Below the pieces are notes generated by a model. That model did not search any database. It was not told the origin of the DNA and was given only the letters and a program-made list of their open reading frames with translations. A stretch of 63,970 nucleotides of DNA, filler included, from Sanchytrium tribonematis (lineage: Eukaryota): NCBI GenBank assembly GCA_018985235.1. It is 5 parts of 5 records of this genome, joined end to end, with 100 filler letters (N's around TTAATTAATTAA, not from the genome) between each part and the next. Parts side by side here need not be neighbours in the genome. Positions count along the whole stretch, not along the records: positions 40,225 to 53,502 come from JADGIG010000195.1; positions 53,603 to 63,970 come from JADGIG010000299.1; 3 more parts are not named here. The stretch is one strand, 5' to 3'. The position numbers and the translations under genes were made by a program. Shown piece after piece: positions 50,401 through 58,885 of this stretch. The first letter of the stretch is position 1; each line of letters starts with the position of its first letter.

Positions 50401-50790
50401 GCTACACGATCAGAATGTGGTCCAGAAATTTGTGATTTATTGGAAAATGTGCAATTTGATGGAAAAGAAACCAATATGAAGCACCTTTTGGAATATTCTT
50501 TAGAATCGTCAAATATGTTACATGTGATTATTAGCGATGGTATTTTTCAAGATCATGAGAAATTAAGGCATTTATTAATGGAAAGCAAAGAACAAAATAT
50601 TAAAACTGTCGTATTTATGATGCATCCGAATCCTGATTTTATTCAGGATTTGACAAATGTTCAATACGTAAATGGAAAGATAGAAATGACAAAGTACATG
50701 AAAACTTTCCCATTTGACTACTACATGATCGAGGATAAAAATTCATGTCATCAGGCCATTGTGGAATGCTTAAAATCTTATTTACAATAA
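41467..50790 (+). CDS. MDN1: Midasin / Rea1, reduced (3107 aa)
   Basis: Tandem AAA modules (GGTGCGKT, GETSSGKT, GKPGIGKS, LDELNLA, ATQNP), D/E-rich tail, MIDAS motif IDNSTSM. Confidence 0.96.
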   Translation: MKSIELRSILEECYKQPALAINLNNMIQSLKLEDIDNVSEWAELLSQIFRIQPTLYYSCLDIVNYLYAKSPNDVNILMIKDQFDSVNITQYYETLYKNDKFATILNLSNKIDKMPRCTLESLSSIIDVNNSIIKTPTILNNINTILGELFSLPSKPILIVGSNCATSTILKFIYSIFRKSYVPLYIAHDADLKDLIGYYMCTKNGIEFINGPLSKAIKSGEWLAVNIQNVHKDIHQFIAKSQIFNKIQTDESEIICHSNFKVIAKCDKEPRDHVFHSVYLQEIPHDEWIHIFSKKYNVEGLRNIYDCYIELKISINLLDSWLYRINALKCTKWSLESDRLKMAKIGTRLLTESNPVEVLTKHFLLKSSQLMSQYIDPPVITRQLFQIENYSLARLVNSLDEYKLAWIPSSSQLALDIMAALYHNQALLLIGGTGCGKTATISEISRIVGFQMTVLNFSPSTERQDLIGSWKPSKHVGNIHKLHHILNFLQGDTKKLEQNLYELACVKSSEKYLKFVQQIISLLTQQLHSNKRFKSEHNPDEIIKKLQDTLDQKQPSMSFQIGPLLEAYKNGHCVFLDEINLANSDVLESISEILASPAIQLPECPLISRHNNFRCLAAMNPHGDHGKKKLPRQLEDQFISIFVKEPTDLPSIHKLTGDLLKDFNHPKVDQIIQSVSQLYFDILQKSDKDWLHGNEGRPVFSIRSLKRALGLTLSLINCHWGINDALLYGFDMAFSISLNKPSQLDCNQMIEASQMQLFKKGILNKPIEKLFAMFPTNSEKFSNFIMTPSLEKYGKIILKAIIADIPVLLEGETSSGKTTLIKYIAHKTNNTLIRINNHEHTDLIEYVGNYTIKGEEFVFQPGPLIQAMEQGHWVLLDELNLAPSEILESLNRLLDDNKQLRIPQTNEMITPHPNFRLFATQNPIKYGGRKPLSAAFRNRFIEIFVDKFNSDDISLLLKNSIPKSWIQKLIGVFTELDLTLRDVFKWTSRNSETIDDFIMHGLMLVMEPKRNEKERKKIFKEFQKQFKMKWSMEEYNEKMTNHPIVSQFPEYSWHPQFVKSFALIEQCILNNEPILMISEPGMGKGVLMDIASKFFKVELNTISCQQETDVNDIIGTYTLRNRELVWQDGILPSCMKNGNFLCLDEINLADDAVLERLNSVLEKNGYLLLTDHLQDLAPIIPHQKFHCFATMNPSTDICKRELSPALRNRFTEIYLEIRWDEDQVLDFISNFCKVSNLKLQIGVQRNICEKYIATQGLTLRNIEQCCRLMNFYPNHPMIYNTCFGLSLEVDVEFDKNKKILNIQEEEFDLCSFTNWSLTPSSLFNLQQVIIASKIDLPILIEGKPGIGKSTLVEYLCKLKNTPCSRINISHDTDLSDLMGQYVTEFSESLKMVWKDGPLMTAMKLGYTIILDELNLANQSVLEGLNSILDYRKMYYCSELQETIKCHQNFRIYATQNPTNVKDGRKLLPRSFMNRFIHLKFKSYSKSDLLEVAAPLLEKYQEIVSILVECNEKSHLLQIVSSSHEWNIRDLYKLKSLSVTHSLYEAICILILNRIKNKRLGLDIIETQLSPLNLKTTVLSHKSHLQPIISDCFPLYYFQATYKNMQLVANQFQGANIVHVSSFTDSIDIIGGYQLVDQILKWSPSKFINCIQSPGETVIVGIDACENAVFDSLNQLLENGQIMVKNELIRMHKNHKLSLITHSHNYSKALGNRCCIVELFERCPYDVYCNQPFLYLLHEFPTYRNFAIHFQTLFAVKSLSVEYSIYSDFDKIENNLSDIQILKNVFEMFYPFEKTKSFNLPLFYENLQSLRNGTLNPTKLNRMLLTSQSLHFNRYLKQSFSNLYGDLIQGSLNEHLNARNTISLLKASSRVDSCTFNIKEILLMYAKTDPFFVIEKMVEFKRILGQFMTEFPNIEKVADNVGVELKPFDVMQLHKLYDEIAFDAFQNCPELDFKYFQKMLHLLDDLSDESKSILTDYILNVMPSRPDISGVLLLVLMRNESLFKEESNSVRSITSLFLNPLSFEDMKLILHTEETQIDEMEDLFDIQPTLAMTCICLNLIPYCGKQVQEMFPLHIYRSYFLKHHVKDIKTNIYSYPELFTIELMQLVVNQKPNLYAHDAPPIHILVEIFTKLETLYKKLDGLKDTVTDLSTMESLLDKLSVFLKSPMHYLTMQYINNQLMHMLEEMEQLIYITSKRDHQIKIIYQELCQVTMGLRQLQLQYLTNLPIMVHMRVIQSRLNDFVNIFVQDVLDDIVKIKAYLRIEMPVILYPFAIAIFQKTMPFFSHFYQDIYKWTHNTHSYEHCIKDLKELQTIHKYKHKNTLYVKDQHDKLHSASTKICHVYYDQIKNPLEYVNIIIPDIKVDTISIKPKTQEESITIKFIDVFDEFMKDVFANFPNNNHLASFMRTVKFFKPFKHDFDIYEFIRSNPQPSTLLTQLVLHYFQFMLYLKQNLLVGDYKRISRSIIQIFYLIFYLYSEIYKDQDSNELVKEVIKDELSDLNIYSLIKLTNCENIQTLTRTFMHRTLSIWTKELVQMIALFKSALQDKDNNQEQSNENQEYTTSTNCQDVTNEVENVEDITDLQGQMENGTTQQDDVVEALDQVSDMDEIDKDDEDSEPDVDDQLDDIEKDVENKNDGFWDEFEEKEQDLSEYQDNEDANMKPEEMEENPQVDQNMEPELQENEDATEANEDEISEVTVDAQDTSDAEDVDMPEQDLDDIDPDAQNMESVSEAVSDMEDVENIDEENETAEKEAADVDLYESKDAKYDAQDSNMTDAMDANNEMNDEMEDTLNINNNNIGNTDASKPDEEDADQTQENTKDENCMEIDNKSQLQPSSIRQEQEPNTQIIEMPDVKPVMLNLKDIFNDCILPAKELSKEIHHLMQFKARSRFMGDYMSGKRLNIKRIMNYLQGNSKIWLRKNKPIRDPFHVMISIDNSTSMQTDVRYECAMYALMLMSMSVCSGYAGNTTWNVFDSEVHEIMATRSECGPEICDLLENVQFDGKETNMKHLLEYSLESSNMLHVIISDGIFQDHEKLRHLLMESKEQNIKTVVFMMHPNPDFIQDLTNVQYVNGKIEMTKYMKTFPFDYYMIEDKNSCHQAIVECLKSYLQ

Positions 50791-50797
50791 ACAAAAT

Positions 50798-51073
50798 TTA
50801 TTTAATTCGCCAAATTCTTTTGATTAGATTTAAAAAGTATGGCTGTCGGTTAAATATGGTTGCATAGGTGTATAGCGTCATCGAATAAAATGGCATCATC
50901 GAAACAAGGTATGTTACCTGGTATGAAATGGGACCATTTCTAAGAGATGGCTCTAGAACATTTGGATGGATATACTGGGAAGTTGTAGATGCAATAGAAC
51001 GCGTGATATACATACTCGTCGATCCCGTTATAGCAAAAATACCACATCTTATGATCCATTCTTTCGTAGACAT
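50798..51073 (-). CDS. Small 2-TM protein, DUF6787-like
   Basis: IFAITGSTSMY...PFYSMTL...FNRQPYF pattern. Confidence 0.6.
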   Translation of the reverse strand: MSTKEWIIRCGIFAITGSTSMYITRSIASTTSQYIHPNVLEPSLRNGPISYQVTYLVSMMPFYSMTLYTYATIFNRQPYFLNLIKRIWRIK

Positions 51074-51387
51074 GTACAATTTTTCGTTTTACCCTGGAAA
51101 AACAAAACTATTTTATTCATCCGCAGTTCAATAGATTTGATTGACCGTGTCCTTCCTTCCGCCCAATCTGTAAAAACCTTAAACTAAATAGCAAAACAGC
51201 ATCTTTACCCGCAATCATTTGTTGAGCAGAAATTTGGTTACATGGTTTTAAATTTAAGTAAAGTGGAATTTACCATATCATTAACTTTATTTGATTAATA
51301 ATCATTAAAAATGATTTCGTATAGATGGTTCCTCACTTCATTTGAAAGTGCTGCGTTTAAATTGAAAATAAAGCACAACAATCTAAA

Positions 51388-51537
51388 CTATTTATTTATA
51401 TGCTTTAAGTGTTTCTCTTCCTGATCCCTCATAAATCTTTTACGTGTAATATATGCATCGACTATGGCTACCATTAAATAACAAGTTACTCCGAAAGAAG
51501 CAATAGCAAATCCCTTATGAAAGTTAATTCGTTTCAT
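51388..51537 (-). CDS. 49-aa single-TM protein, Cox14-like
   Basis: Manual translation MKRINFHKGFAIASFGVTCYLMVAIVDAYITRKRFMRDQEEKHLKHINK; CCC directly before the ATG. Confidence 0.5.
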   Translation of the reverse strand: MKRINFHKGFAIASFGVTCYLMVAIVDAYITRKRFMRDQEEKHLKHINK

Positions 51538-51552
51538 GGGATTTCTATCTAT

Positions 51553-51975
51553 TTATTTTGTCAAGACCATTTTGTAATGAACTCCGATGCCTTGCTCTTC
51601 AAATGGCTCACCATCTATTACGTATCCTAAACTTTTGTACATTTCCATAACATACTCACGGGCGTGCACCACATAAACCGGATAAGGTAATAAAGATGGT
51701 AATTCACTAACTAACTTGTACGCTAGCCTTTGTCTTCTAAACTCCGGCACGACGCAAACTCTACCTATTCTGCACATACCAGTTTCTATTTCATAAACTC
51801 TACAACAGCCGACTGCCATACCATTAATTTCCACAACAAAGTGAAAAGCTGATTTATCTATATTATCGAATTCTATTTCTAAAACTTTTCCTTGTTCTTC
51901 AACAAATACTCTCTTGCGTATATCTAAGGCTATTGTCACTTCATTAGGCTGTAAGAGTCTTACAGTTGTCTGCAT
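51553..51975 (-). CDS. GNAT acetyltransferase, ElaA-like
   Basis: IRKRVFVEEQG, IGRVCVVPEFRRQ, GEPFEEQGIGVH. Confidence 0.9.
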   Translation of the reverse strand: MQTTVRLLQPNEVTIALDIRKRVFVEEQGKVLEIEFDNIDKSAFHFVVEINGMAVGCCRVYEIETGMCRIGRVCVVPEFRRQRLAYKLVSELPSLLPYPVYVVHAREYVMEMYKSLGYVIDGEPFEEQGIGVHYKMVLTK

Positions 51976-52144
51976 ATTCAAGGAGAAACATTTTCATACC
52001 AAAACCAGCATTTTCTATCAACATCAATTCATTGTAATAATTTCAAATATTAAATTGGACGTCAGAATGGAAATGTATAAAATTTTTGCTAGCAACGTGT
52101 AAATATTTATTTACCATGAACGTGTTAAAATAAGCCATTTTATA

Positions 52145-53029
52145 ATGTCAAATTACCCTGGTTCCAGCTACCAAGAGCAACATAACAATACATACCAGCA
52201 GAACCTAAATAATAATATAATTCCAGGTGAAAATCAAAATAGCAATTCTTTTCAAAATTCGAATCAAGCTCCTTATGCCAATAATCAAACTGCTTATACT
52301 GGCAATTATTCAAATACTGTTATCAATGGTTTTACAGCTCCTGGGATCAACTACCAGTCTCCCTCTGCTAATTTTCCAAATGTCGTGCCGCAAGAGAATC
52401 CTCCTCCATATGCAATCAATACCACTGTTCCGAGCTACAAACAAGCCGGAGCAGATTGTAATCCAGTTTTATGCGGATGTACCTTGGGTTGGGGTATTTG
52501 TTTATGTGCCTTTTGTGGGTGTCCCTTATTGATTGCAATAATTGTGATTGCTTCTTTAGCCTCCTCCAGCGGTGCATGTTTGGCCCAAAATGTGTCTCCT
52601 CAGTGGTTTTTCGATACCTCTTTTTCGGGAGTGATTGACAATGGCTTATCTATTAAAACGTTTGAGTTTACCAAGAAGTATCAATATCCGACTGGGAATT
52701 ACTGCAAATATACTGAATATTTTACTAGTGATGTTCTTTGGGAAAATATACGAGATTCAAATATAACAATATTAGCTAACGATAGTGTAATTGTTTCTCA
52801 CATCTCCTATTCCACTGCATCTAATTGTTCTGCTACTGTGGGTAGTATTAAATCTGGAAGATATTGCACAAACATCCCTCTTCAATACGATTGCTTTGAG
52901 CTTACAGGTCGAAATTTATTTTCTCCATTAGTTAAGCCTTGTCCTTGGGGTCCAAAATACAACCAGAGCTGGCTTTTACCGCAATTGGAAATCAGACATG
53001 AAACTGATCTTAGTATTGCCAATACTTAG
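52145..53029 (+). CDS. Single-pass membrane protein with N/Q-rich N-terminus, PPPY motif and Cys-rich TM region
   Basis: 294-aa ORF with the stated composition and motifs. Confidence 0.75.
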   Translation: MSNYPGSSYQEQHNNTYQQNLNNNIIPGENQNSNSFQNSNQAPYANNQTAYTGNYSNTVINGFTAPGINYQSPSANFPNVVPQENPPPYAINTTVPSYKQAGADCNPVLCGCTLGWGICLCAFCGCPLLIAIIVIASLASSSGACLAQNVSPQWFFDTSFSGVIDNGLSIKTFEFTKKYQYPTGNYCKYTEYFTSDVLWENIRDSNITILANDSVIVSHISYSTASNCSATVGSIKSGRYCTNIPLQYDCFELTGRNLFSPLVKPCPWGPKYNQSWLLPQLEIRHETDLSIANT

Positions 53030-53075
53030 TGTGTCCTCAATAAAATTCATCGCATCTTGAAAATAAGAAAATTTA

Positions 53076-53414
53076 ATGCCGCGTTCAAAGTGGTTTTATG
53101 AATCTTAATTTTCTGGATTAACAGTAAACGTCGACTCTGTCAAGACTTTTGCCTTTTCTACGAAAATTATTAACGATGCAATGTGATCACCTCAGTTTTC
53201 TAATCCAAAGCTTCTAATTGCATAATCACTTCTGGAAGATATTGCTAAGTATGCCTCTGAAATTAGATAGCTTCCAACTTACTCGTTAGAATCAATTATC
53301 CTAGATTGATAAGTTTGACCTTGGGGGCCACAATATAACCAAACTTCACTCTTAGCGCAATTCGAGATCAGGCGTGAGACTGATCTTATTTTGTTGAGTG
53401 GAGGAAAATCGTAA
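53076..53414 (+). pseudogene. Decayed tandem duplicate of the C-terminal domain of 52145-53029
   Basis: Colinear matches: KWFYE/QWFFD, SVKTF/SIKTF, SGRYC, PWGPQYNQ..QFEIRRETDL versus PWGPKYNQ..QLEIRHETDL; stops and deletions. Confidence 0.85.
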
Positions 53415-53502
53415 ATAAAATTATTTGCAAGTTTCATATTTTATTAATTTAAAACAAATGGATGAACTTTTAGGCCAGCTGCTCCAAAAAGAACGCAGAA
53501 AA

Positions 53503-53602
53503 NNNNNNNNNNNNNNNNNNNNNNNNNNNNNNNNNNNNNNNNNNNNTTAATTAATTAANNNNNNNNNNNNNNNNNNNNNNNNNNNNNNNNNNNNNNNNNN
53601 NN
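53503..53602. other. Artificial contig linker
   Basis: N44-TTAATTAATTAA-N44. Confidence 0.98.
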
Positions 53603-53650
53603 AGCAACACTTCCACATTTTTCATTTGCTTCTGATACAAGCGGAAAATA

Positions 53651-55189
53651 ATGTTGAATGACCTCGCCACTCAAATATCGAAATTAGTTAGGATTCATAC
53701 GCCTTTTCTAAATGACTCCACCTTGGATGGGTTATTAAAGGAATTAGGAAAAGTTTTAATTGCAGCAGACGTACAAGTCGCTTTGGTGGCCAAATTGAGA
53801 GACAATGTCAAAAAGCAATGCTATGGTGAAAAAATTGACAGAAAAATAGTTTTGCAGTCTCTATGCAAGAATTTAGTTGAGCTTCTCGATTCAACGGAAG
53901 GTAAGAAAAAACCTTGGGAGCCAACAAAGAAGCGACCGAATGTTGTGGTATTCGTTGGACTCCAAGGTGCTGGTAAAACAACTTCTATCATGAAATATGC
54001 CCACTATTACAAACAAAGAGGTTTTAAAGTGGGACTGGTAGCGTGTGATACATTCCGTGCTGGTGCCTATGATCAACTACAACAAAATGCGAAAAAAATT
54101 AAAGTGCCATTCTATGGTAGCTATAACGAATCAAATGCTGCCATCATTGCAGATGACGGAGTCAAAAAATTTAAGCAGCATGGATTCGATCTCATTCTAG
54201 TTGATACTGCTGGTCGTCATAAGCAAGAGAGTGTGCTATTTGAAGAAATGAGAGACATTGTTGACGCATCTAAGCCCACGCACACAATTTTCGTAATGGA
54301 TGGAACCATCGGACAGCAAGCCTTTGCACAAGCAAAAGCATTTAAGGATTCTGTTGATGTGGGAAGTGTTATTATGACAAAATTAGACGGAGCAAAAGGT
54401 GGTGGGGCATTATCTGCAGTGGCAGCTACAAAATCACCCATAATATTTGTTGGAACCGGTGAGCATTATCATCAATTTGAAAAGTTTGATGCTAAGCGAT
54501 TTGTGTCAAAAGTCATGGGTCAGGGTGACATTGCTGGACTAATAGAGCATGCGCAGTCCATGCAAAATCAATCTTCTATGGAAAGAATTCAGCAAGGCAA
54601 ATATTGTTTGAGAGATTTGTTTGAGCAAATAAAAATGATGCAAAGCATGGGCTCGATGTCAAATATGATGTCTATGATACCAGGAATGTCAAGTGATATG
54701 ATGTCTCCAGATATGGATAAACAAGGTGATGTTTATATGAAAAGAATGACTGCAATTTTATATTCCATGACTCAAAAAGAACTAGATTCTGACGGAAAAT
54801 TATTTGAAAACGACCGTTACATAAGAAGGGTTGCGATTGGTGCTGGGGTGCATCCAATTGAAGTCAGACGACTGCTTGCAATGCAGGATCAATTTTCTGG
54901 CTTAGTCAAAAAAATTGGTGGTAAAAATGGTTTGGCAGCAATGGCCAATAATCCTCAGATGCAACAGATGCAGCAACGAATGCAAAACAATCCTGAGCTT
55001 ATGCAGGGAGGTATAGGGAACATGATGCAAAATATGATGGGTGGCACTAATTTTAATGAAATGATGCAAATGGCCCAGAATGGCCAAATGCCTGATTTAT
55101 CGCAAATGATGGGCAATATAATGGGTGGTATGCCAGGTGGAGCTACTCGTGGAAAAAAGAAAGTAGTTGTTAGAGGCCGAAAAAGATAA
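53651..55189 (+). CDS. SRP54: Signal recognition particle 54 kDa subunit
   Basis: GLQGAGKTT, DTFRAGA, DTAGRH, TKLDG, Met-rich M domain. Confidence 0.98.
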   Translation: MLNDLATQISKLVRIHTPFLNDSTLDGLLKELGKVLIAADVQVALVAKLRDNVKKQCYGEKIDRKIVLQSLCKNLVELLDSTEGKKKPWEPTKKRPNVVVFVGLQGAGKTTSIMKYAHYYKQRGFKVGLVACDTFRAGAYDQLQQNAKKIKVPFYGSYNESNAAIIADDGVKKFKQHGFDLILVDTAGRHKQESVLFEEMRDIVDASKPTHTIFVMDGTIGQQAFAQAKAFKDSVDVGSVIMTKLDGAKGGGALSAVAATKSPIIFVGTGEHYHQFEKFDAKRFVSKVMGQGDIAGLIEHAQSMQNQSSMERIQQGKYCLRDLFEQIKMMQSMGSMSNMMSMIPGMSSDMMSPDMDKQGDVYMKRMTAILYSMTQKELDSDGKLFENDRYIRRVAIGAGVHPIEVRRLLAMQDQFSGLVKKIGGKNGLAAMANNPQMQQMQQRMQNNPELMQGGIGNMMQNMMGGTNFNEMMQMAQNGQMPDLSQMMGNIMGGMPGGATRGKKKVVVRGRKR

Positions 55190-55203
55190 TTCTATCGGCC
55201 ATA

Positions 55204-56763
55204 ATGATTGAAAATTCAGTAAAATCTTTTAAAAGTGCTTGCTCTACAAATACTGCAAATGAAATTCTAGACTGGTTGCAGAAAGAAAAGTCATCCACCA
55301 AGAAATCAGCTTTTGGGATTGAGATAAAGGAATTTACCAAAAATCAAGAAATACAAATGTTAAATGACATCATTAATAGGCAAAAAATTAAGATAAAAGA
55401 TCTTCAGACTAAAATTGAAATTAAATCAAAACATATTACCTACCAGCAATTTAAAACATGTAAAGATTCCCTTAAAAATTCTCAGTTAGAAAACGAGAAA
55501 CTTGTGGAGGAAATTGAGCAACTTGGGAAACTGATAAAAAAGAAAGAGAACACCTTTAGAGATAAATTGGAAGAGCAAAAGGAATATTTTGTGCGGGATT
55601 TAAAATCGAAGCAAAAAGTATGGCTTCAAAATGAACAAGTCCAGCGTGACCGCATTTTGCAAGAGCGCACAGAAAAAATAAAAAAGCAGACAATCAAACT
55701 TATGGAACCAGATATAGAAAAATTACTACAACAGCATCGAATTGAGATATTTAAATTAAAAGATGTGAACCGGCAAGAATTGAGTGATTCTTTGAAACAA
55801 ATACAATCCCAACACCTCAAAGAAATAAAGCAGCTACAATTGGAAATATCAAGTATAAAGGATAGAACCTCCGCAGACGAAAAAGCCAGATTTGATTCTA
55901 GATTTTTAAAAGTTTATGAGGAACATGAATTTGAGATGCAAAAATTAAAGCTTAAGCTCGAGAACCACTTTCAGGAACAGCTTAAGAAATCAGAACTCGA
56001 CTTAAACCGGGCAAATCAATCCAAAATTAATGTTCTTCAAGAAGAAATTGTTCTGCTTAAAAAACAAAAAGAATCTGATATGATGGAAGTGAAAAACAAT
56101 TGCCGCAGAGATTTGGAGACAGCTCTCAAAAAATGTCAGTCAGACTTTGAATTTTCTAGCAAAACCACAATAGAAGATATCACGAACAATCACAATGTGC
56201 AAATAAAAGATCTTCAAGATAAATATTTGAACGAAATCGAAAATACCAAAAAGAACGAGATTGAAAAGTTGAATATAAAATTCGAATCACGATTAGAAGA
56301 GGAAGTCGATAAAAGGACTAAGCATCTCAAGCTTATGTTGCAGGATAAAATCGAGAACATCCACCAAATGAAAAACAAATTAGATTCTGCGGAAATGGAT
56401 TTGGCGTTTTTTCAGAAAGAAAATTCAGCTTTTCAAGAATTAAAAGCTAGTTTTATAAATGAAGCCTATTCTCTTAGGCAAGAAAATCAGTCTTTGAAAG
56501 ATAACCTCCACAACAATTCAGAAAAGAAACGTAACAGAGAATTGTCGAGTAAAGTCCAAAATTTAGAAGAAAACTTAAAAGAGAAGTGCGATTATATAAA
56601 GCACACTCAAGATCAAATAACGATTTTACAGAGAAAACACGAATCTGACATAGATGAGTTGGCAAAAGAAAATCAGTCGGTACTTGATTTGTTAAAATCT
56701 GAATTTCAAATGGTAATTGCGAACAAGAATGACCAAATTAACATGCTCAATAAATCAATTTAA
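55204..56763 (+). CDS. CEP131: CEP131/AZI1-like centriolar coiled-coil protein
   Basis: TEKIKKQTIKLMEPDIEKLLQQH matches the CEP131 KKIKExTxKGLEPEIQ.L..H signature; C-terminal IANKNDQI. Confidence 0.65.
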   Translation: MIENSVKSFKSACSTNTANEILDWLQKEKSSTKKSAFGIEIKEFTKNQEIQMLNDIINRQKIKIKDLQTKIEIKSKHITYQQFKTCKDSLKNSQLENEKLVEEIEQLGKLIKKKENTFRDKLEEQKEYFVRDLKSKQKVWLQNEQVQRDRILQERTEKIKKQTIKLMEPDIEKLLQQHRIEIFKLKDVNRQELSDSLKQIQSQHLKEIKQLQLEISSIKDRTSADEKARFDSRFLKVYEEHEFEMQKLKLKLENHFQEQLKKSELDLNRANQSKINVLQEEIVLLKKQKESDMMEVKNNCRRDLETALKKCQSDFEFSSKTTIEDITNNHNVQIKDLQDKYLNEIENTKKNEIEKLNIKFESRLEEEVDKRTKHLKLMLQDKIENIHQMKNKLDSAEMDLAFFQKENSAFQELKASFINEAYSLRQENQSLKDNLHNNSEKKRNRELSSKVQNLEENLKEKCDYIKHTQDQITILQRKHESDIDELAKENQSVLDLLKSEFQMVIANKNDQINMLNKSI

Positions 56764-58798
56764 TTCTTTGCAATTGGGGAAATTCTTGGTTGAAGTTTCA
56801 ATCTCTACGATTTCTAATGTAGGATCAATGGTTACCTAATTTAGTACAAGTTACCAATAATTTTGCGGCTAGAAGGCATCTATATGCGACTATTTCATCT
56901 ACATCGGTCAAACAATGGGTCAATAATTGAAATATATTTCGACAAAAAACAGCTTTTCCACATTGATGCTTGACCATAAGAACAGCTATATTCAGTAACA
57001 GAGCAGCAAAAACCTGTATGGATTTGCTCTTGGAAGGTAATAATATTGCGACTTTTAGAATAACGGAATTAAGATTATTTTTTATAAAGTCTTCGTTTGC
57101 ATTAAAAATATTGCAGTAAGCTCTTAGTATCATCAACAGATTCCTATCGTCAGATAGACCGCATTGAGATAAAAATTCATCTTGCAATAATAATTCACAT
57201 AAATTTGTAGAATTTTCAAGACAGTTAAGTCTGAAAATATCAAGAATGGGAAATTTGTGACCATCAGGCCAAGCTAAGAGTATTTTGGTCATGAGATGCA
57301 AATTTTCCTGTGAAGGAATAGAAATTTTCTCTGGATCTGCTTTATCCTTATTAGATACATTATATTCTTCAATTTTTGCTTTAATTTTATCCATATTGCC
57401 GGACTTGAATAAATAGTAATTTTGAATAAATGAAGCATATTCAAACTTGGAGTGAGTTTGATTAGTTGTTTGGATATTCGGGGTATCTTTGTATTGTGGT
57501 GTGTACTTATGACCCCCGGTAAAAGGGTCTGATCCTTGAGGTTGCTGCAAATTCGCTGCAGAGCCAGTATTTTTGACAATGAAATTGGCAACATCGTCCA
57601 AATGAACTTGATCAAGCTGATTTTTGTTTAAAAATGATAATGCAGCGGAGAATGGGTTTTCCAAAGTATTGTAGGGCAATTTCATCATTTTTCCATCCAA
57701 GTCAACGTCAAACACGTAATCATATTCTTTTCCTTCAAAAATTTGTTTTCTACTGTTTCCTACAGCATTGACGACCTCTCCAATTTTAACCCATTTACCA
57801 CCTGACCAGGAATATGCCATTATTTTCGATTCTTCTTTTATCATTTGCACATGACCTTCTTTTGGACCAGGCTTATCCAAAATGTCCTTCGATGGGATTT
57901 TGGACATATCTATATCTCCAATAGTCTCCTTATTTAAACTAAATTGTTGAAGATTGGATTCATATCTGGCGATCATTTCATTATTAGCTTTCTGCTCTTC
58001 TTTTGTGGTAAATTCATAAATTCTTCCGCTACTACTTGCAATAGCAATGTTCGAGCCATGTGATGCTACATTCCAAAGACTTACTTCAGGAATAGGGATA
58101 TTTTGTATAATATTTCCATCCAACCAGATTTTGCAGCACTGATCTTCGCCAACACTAACAACATACTCTGTATCTAGTGTAATAGTAGTGAGGCTATATA
58201 TAAAGGAAGTGTGACCAAACCATTCTGACTGCAATGATCCTGTAGTGTCCCATATTTTGATACTGGCATCGTTACTACAAGAAACGATTTGGCCTTTATA
58301 CAAAGCTAGACCTCTAACTGGTTGTTTATGTGCGTGTATGGTGTTTTTGATATTTAATTGCTTGTCGAGATGGTAAATATTTCCATCAGCACAGCCAACA
58401 AATATGTTAGAATCTATGACAAGTAAAGCCCAAACAGCATGTGGTAAATTTACATGTTTGGAAGACTTTAGATCATTCAATAAAGTGATTCGAACTGTAT
58501 TATCCCATCCACCAGTGATAATATAGCCATCCAGGCTGGTAATAGAAGTGATATTTCCGTTGTGTACTGGATATTCAGTTTTCAATTTGTTTTGATACTT
58601 ATAAAGTATCCCATTTTGGCATCCAACGAGTACAATATCGTCTCTTACGTAAATGCTATTTAAAAAATTGTCCGCATTCAAAATTTCACCTACAAAGAAA
58701 GTGTGGTCTCGAGAGGTTGAAAGTATCAAATCGCCAAGATAGGTTACAGCTTTACAGTCTTTCTCGTGTCTATCTATTATATCTTTTAACAAAAACAT
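56755..58798 (-). CDS. DOA1: Doa1/PLAA (WD40-PFU-PUL), 2 exons
   Basis: WD40 repeats, FEGKEYDYVFDVD..KLPYN (PFU), DPFTGG, WP..KFPILD (PUL). Confidence 0.95.
56836..56854 (-). other. 19-nt spliceosomal intron
   Basis: GTAACTTGTACTAAATTAG matches the consensus (CTAA branch); splicing gives a 26-aa terminal exon. Confidence 0.75.
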
Positions 58799-58885
58799 GG
58801 ACTCCTACTGTGAGAAAAATTTGCGTTTTCAAGATTTTGTTAATTTCATTGTGCTCTCCCAAGTTTGGAATTTTTTGTAAAATTA

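Noticed and set aside
51140..51380. SRP RNA or U3 snoRNA
   Set aside because: GGAAGGAAG lacks the flanking helix-8 consensus and no U3 boxes were found; an Infernal search would be needed.
53030..53437. Minus-strand EVH1-like pseudogene or 26-nt intron
   Set aside because: Better explained as the antisense of the plus-strand duplicate of 52145-53029.
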